32,000 nt of DNA from Methylorubrum extorquens (GTDB lineage Bacteria > Pseudomonadota > Alphaproteobacteria > Rhizobiales > Beijerinckiaceae), in NCBI GenBank assembly GCA_900234795.1, contig LT962688.1:2910001-2942000 (forward strand), in the 5' to 3' direction. Positions within the stretch are counted from its first letter, which is position 1; the number at the start of each line of letters is the position of its first letter. Positions 28,660 to 32,000 of this stretch are shown in pieces. The translations under genes and the position numbers were made by a program. The notes under the pieces were generated by a model, which had not been told where the DNA came from, searched no databases, and saw only the letters and a list, made by a program, of their open reading frames with translations.

Positions 28660-30030
28660 ATGCATTTCCGCGTCCTCATTGCACTTGCGCTCATCGCGAC
28701 AGGTGCAAGCGCTCCGTCAGAAGCTGTCGCGGAAGATGTTTCAGCAACAGACGGCGCGGGCCTCGTTGACCTTCGAACCGTCCCGCCGGCTAATCTCTTC
28801 ATGTCCCATCGGCTGGGCACGTTCATCGACTACTGCTCGTTCACCGGCTGCCTGAAGGACTATCCCGGCATCTTGGCGCAGACCTATCTTGCGGCCACGA
28901 CGCGGGTGGACAACGCGCAGGAGGTCGGCCTTCACATCGATTTCCGCTCCAAGACGGGGTACGCGCCGGTCTGGAAGCCGAGCACCCGCTACTCGGCCGC
29001 GGAGGTATCGACACCCGGTTCGCCGAGCCGTGTCATGGTCGAGGGTGGCTTCGCAGGGCGGATCTACCGCAACGTCGGAGGGGACTGCACGTCGGCCGCA
29101 AGCGGAACGGGGCCACAGGGCACCAACCCGAACGCCGAGATCCGCGATGGCTCTTGCCGCTGGCGCTACTACGCTGATGGGCTGAACAGCGGGAAGTCGG
29201 CATTCTCCGTGGCGACGGTCGCGGAGCCGGGCGCGGCGCAGACCTGGGGGGTCGTGACGGCGTTTAATGCAGGCGCCGGCATCGGCGACTCCAAGATGTT
29301 CCCGCACGAGTGGGACTGTAACAACTACAACAAGGACAGCTTTCTCGGCGGCACGTTCTTCATGAACTGCTTCTACTTCGGAGGCGGTGGGGCGGGGACG
29401 CACCCTCAGCTCTCGACGCTCTTCATCGACAACGCCAACAAGATGAAGCCAGCGGCGGACCCAACGCGGTTCGGCTACCATTTCGGGCTGTTCTTCGCCG
29501 GCAGCGGGAGCGAGGGCGGCTCGGTCATCAAGGATGCGGTTCTCTTCGACTCGACCAAGGCGAACTTCACCGTTCATGCCAACGCCGGGCAGCCGCACAT
29601 CGCTTTCCTGCGCGACGACAGCAATTCGCAGGCGGTGCTTCAGGCAACGGCAGGGCACGCCTACGGCGTCGATTTCGGCCTCGCCTCGTTCTCAAGCGGC
29701 ATCGCGGTAGCGCTTCCGAGCGATGCCGGCATCAGCTTCCGCAAGGAGGGCGGTGCGACGCTCGGATACTCGTCGGCTACCGCTCGGCTCCAATACGGTG
29801 GAACCCCTGCGGCCCCTCTGATGGCGGTCGATGATGCGGGCTCCATGGGGCTTGCCGGCGACCTCAACGCCAAGAGGGGCACCTTTATCAGCGTCCGGGA
29901 AACGGCGCCGAGCGTCCCCACGTCATCGCGGTCGCCTTGCGAGCCTGGTCAGCGGGCTTGGGACCAGAACTTTGAATACCGCTGTGTGGTGAAAAACACA
30001 TGGAAGCGGGCGGCGCTGTCCGACTGGTAG
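28660..30030 (+). CDS. hypothetical exported protein (456 aa) with a phage-fibre-like C-terminal motif
   Basis: Signal peptide MHFRVLIALALIATGASAPSEAVA. Gly/Asn-rich repetitive central part. The C-terminus is SPCEPGQRAWDQNFEYRCVVKNTWKRAALSDW. It is followed by a clean terminator. Confidence 0.7.
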   Translation: MHFRVLIALALIATGASAPSEAVAEDVSATDGAGLVDLRTVPPANLFMSHRLGTFIDYCSFTGCLKDYPGILAQTYLAATTRVDNAQEVGLHIDFRSKTGYAPVWKPSTRYSAAEVSTPGSPSRVMVEGGFAGRIYRNVGGDCTSAASGTGPQGTNPNAEIRDGSCRWRYYADGLNSGKSAFSVATVAEPGAAQTWGVVTAFNAGAGIGDSKMFPHEWDCNNYNKDSFLGGTFFMNCFYFGGGGAGTHPQLSTLFIDNANKMKPAADPTRFGYHFGLFFAGSGSEGGSVIKDAVLFDSTKANFTVHANAGQPHIAFLRDDSNSQAVLQATAGHAYGVDFGLASFSSGIAVALPSDAGISFRKEGGATLGYSSATARLQYGGTPAAPLMAVDDAGSMGLAGDLNAKRGTFISVRETAPSVPTSSRSPCEPGQRAWDQNFEYRCVVKNTWKRAALSDW

Positions 30031-30056
30031 CGCCTAACCCAAGTCCTCATCCACCC

Positions 30057-30078
30057 AGCCGCCTCCGGGCGGCTTTTT
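30057..30078 (+). terminator. rho-independent terminator
   Basis: AGCCGCC-TCCG-GGCGGCT followed by TTTT. Confidence 0.75.
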
Positions 30079-30079
30079 C

Positions 30080-30450
30080 ATGCCTGGACCCATCATGCTC
30101 CTGCAACGCCTCGCGGTACGGGCCGCTCTCGCTTGCCTCGTGCTCAGCGTGACGCCGGCCCGCGCCGAATGGACGGGCACCGCGTCGTTCTACGGCCACG
30201 AGTCCGGATCGCATCGGGCCGACGGCCGCCGCTTCGTCCCGAGGCGCTTGGCGCCGCGCACTGGACCCTGCCTCTCGGCACTCCGGTGCGCGTCACCGGC
30301 CTTTCCACCGGCCGGCACATCGACGTGCGGGTCAACGACCGCGGCCCGCACCCCCGTCTCGGCCGCCTGATCGACCTCTCGCTCGGTGCGGTCCGCGCGC
30401 TCGGCATCACGCATCGCGGGCTCGCACGGGTGCGCGTTTCCCCCCTCTGA
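30080..30450 (+). pseudogene. RlpA-like (DPBB domain) lytic transglycosylase family protein, frame broken by a missing base at the C-run 30238-30240
   Basis: MPGPIMLLQRLAVRAALACLVLSVTPARAEWTGTASFYGHESGSHRADGRRF (frame of 30080) continues as PEALGAAHWTLPLGTPVRVTGLSTGRHIDVRVNDRGPHPRLGRLIDLSLGAVRALG in the frame of 30133. Together they form a complete RlpA/DPBB domain. Confidence 0.8.
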
Positions 30451-30463
30451 CCTGGAGCGGCCT

Positions 30464-31154
30464 ATGACCTCGTCCTCCGACGCGGGCGCTTTCGCGCGCC
30501 TGCGCGCCGTCGGCTTCGTCTGCGCCGCCGCCCGGCTCTCCGATTACGACCTCCCGCGCGTCGGCCACACCATCGGCGTCGGTGAGGACGAGATCCACGC
30601 CGTGATGGAGGTGGAGGCCTCCGGCGGCGGCTTCGACCGGCTCAAGCGGCCGAAGATGCTGTTCGAGCCGCACGTCTTCTGAAGGAACCTCTCGGGCGCT
30701 GCCCGCACCCGCGCCGCCTCGCTCGGCCTCGCCTATGCGGCCTGGAAGCCCGGCGCCTACCCGTCCGACAGCTATCCGCGCCTGATGCAGGCGCTCGCGA
30801 TCGACGAGACGGCCGCGCTGAAGGCGGCGTCCTGGGGCCTGGGCCAGATCCTCGACGAGAACCACAAGGCCGCGGGCTACGCGACCCCTCAGGCGATGGT
30901 GCTGGCCTTCTGCTCTGGCGGCGAGGCCGAGCACCTGGCGGCCATGGTCCGCTTCATCGTCACCAACGGCCTCGACGACGCGCTGCGGCGCCACGATTGG
31001 GCCGGGTTCGCTCGCGGCTACAACGGGGCGGGCTACGCGAAGCACGGCTACCACACCAAGCTCGTGGCGGCCTTCGCCAAGTGGTCGAAGATCAAGGACA
31101 CGCCGTGGTCGCCCGGCATGGGTGAACCGGCGCCGGATCCGCTGGTGCCGATGA
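30464..31154 (+). pseudogene. phage-type N-acetylmuramidase (DUF3380 family endolysin) with in-frame TGA at 30680-30682; 3' end undefined
   Basis: GGAGCGG lies upstream of ATG 30464. ...IHAVMEVEASGGGF...KMLFEPHVF-TGA-RNLSG...AASWGLGQI...DWAGFARGYNGAGYAKHGYHTKLVAAFAKW lies in one frame interrupted only by the TGA. The conserved part ends near 31084. The same frame has no stop until 31996, so the true end is unclear. Confidence 0.75.
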
Positions 31155-31197
31155 CACAAAATCCGGCGCAAAATATCCCGGTCAGGTCCTGCCCCGC

Positions 31198-31227
31198 AGC
31201 CCGCCTCCACCGGCGGGCTTCTTCGTT
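31198..31227 (+). terminator. terminator-like hairpin after the muramidase gene
   Basis: AGCCCGCC-TCCACC-GGCGGGCT followed by TCTTCGTT. The stem sequence is similar to the terminator at 30057. Confidence 0.5.
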
Positions 31228-31349
31228 CCGGGGTCCAGGCGACGGGCGGCGCGGTCCGCTCCGGCCTGTCCGGGCTCTGCGACCTGATTCACACCGCACT
31301 CCGGAAGGCCTGACCATGGCGCCCCGTCCGTTCCTCGCGCGGGCCCGCC

Positions 31350-31583
31350 TTGGGCCTGCGCCGCTGCTGGCGCGCAGCCTCGGGCAAGCGCGTCTACCTG
31401 CTCGCGGGCGTCATGGCGCTACCCGATGTCCTCGATGCGCTGCCGGGCGTCGATCTCGCGCCGCTGCTGCCAGAGTGGCTGCGGGGCGCGAAGGTGGCGA
31501 CCTTCTTCGCCGTCGCCCGACTCGCGGCCCGCACCTACGCGACGAAGCTCGCCGCCCTGCCGTCGCGGGATCCGCCCCGATGA
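31350..31583 (+). CDS. hypothetical small protein of the lysis cassette (may start at ATG 31316 if one C of the run 31322-31325 is spurious)
   Basis: The stop overlaps the next start (ATGA at 31580-31583). The track start 31350 is TTG with no SD. ATG 31316 has GGAAGG 7 nt upstream but is in another frame; removing one C of CCCC joins the two. Confidence 0.35.
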   Translation: MGLRRCWRAASGKRVYLLAGVMALPDVLDALPGVDLAPLLPEWLRGAKVATFFAVARLAARTYATKLAALPSRDPPR

Positions 31584-31996
31584 GCCTCCTCGGCTGGCTC
31601 TCGAACCCCATCGGCTCCGCACGTGGCGCCGTCGGCTCCGGCCTGATCAAGGTGTTCGGCGACTCGGTGCTCCAGCCGATCCTCAAGGAGCTGGAGAACA
31701 GCCAGAACGCGCAGTGCGACGTGGCGGTGCAGGTCGTCCAAGCCGAAATCGCGGCCAACCAAGCGAAGGCGGCGTTCGTACCCGCCTTCAAGGGGCTGAT
31801 CTACGGAATCGGCATTCCACCTGCCGTCCACTTCGGGGCGATCTGCCTCTCGAAGACCTTCGCGCTAGGCTGGCCCATCGAGCCGCTGCCGACCGAGTAC
31901 GTGGCGATCGAGGCCACGATCCTGACGGCCTTCTTCGTCTCCTCGCCGCTTTCCACGCTGGCGCGTGCCGGCGCCGCCCGCCTGCTGAAAGCCTGA
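31580..31996 (+). CDS. holin-like membrane protein (138 aa)
   Basis: MSLLGWLSNPIGSARGAVGSGLIKVFGD..., a coiled polar segment, and then two hydrophobic segments (GLIYGIGIPPAVHFGAICL, VAIEATILTAFFVSSPL). Its position is directly after an endolysin. The resemblance to GTA/phage 3TM-type holins is from memory only. Confidence 0.5.
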   Translation: MSLLGWLSNPIGSARGAVGSGLIKVFGDSVLQPILKELENSQNAQCDVAVQVVQAEIAANQAKAAFVPAFKGLIYGIGIPPAVHFGAICLSKTFALGWPIEPLPTEYVAIEATILTAFFVSSPLSTLARAGAARLLKA

Positions 31997-32000
31997 TCCG

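Overview
High-G+C (about 70% by spot counts) alphaproteobacterial chromosome segment. Gene content and codon bias resemble Methylobacterium/Methylorubrum-type Rhizobiales, but that is inference only.

**Core region, 1-22.1 kb:** mostly housekeeping genes.
- A divergent serB (partial) / miaA pair and a 3-hydroxyisobutyrate-dehydrogenase-family reductase.
- A GSCFA + WcbI-like gene pair, then moaA, DUF971 and DUF2171.
- An unlisted 45-aa membrane peptide and an L,D-transpeptidase.
- A translationally coupled nadA-nadB-nadC operon with paired palindromic operators.
- A soluble MCP, EthD, NDH-2, maleylacetoacetate isomerase and an ABM monooxygenase.
- acnA with an Irr/ICE-like box, and ccmAB.

**Accessory region, 22.1-32.0 kb:**
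- 22.1-23.3 kb holds three small exported or membrane proteins.
- 23.56-26.1 kb is a clear cobalamin riboswitch driving a long TonB-dependent receptor, followed by a small Gly-rich exported protein.
- 26.6-30.1 kb is a visibly lower-G+C stretch: an FkbM methyltransferase, small exported unknowns and a 456-aa exported protein.
- 30.1-32.0 kb is a phage/GTA-type lysis cassette (RlpA-like, DUF3380-type muramidase, small ORF, holin-like protein) in a degenerate state.

I recognised no rRNA, tRNA, CRISPR array, transposase or integrase.

**Gene disruptions:** four conserved genes are interrupted by single-base indels in homopolymer runs, and one by an in-frame TGA. The ORF track splits or hides these genes.

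**Novelty:** I did not find a clear-cut new multi-gene system. The best candidates for follow-up are:
- the low-G+C exported-protein/FkbM island joined to the decayed lysis cassette;
- the riboswitch-controlled receptor with its small partner;
- the GSCFA/WcbI pair;
- the regulatory elements upstream of nadA, acnA and the DUF2171 gene.
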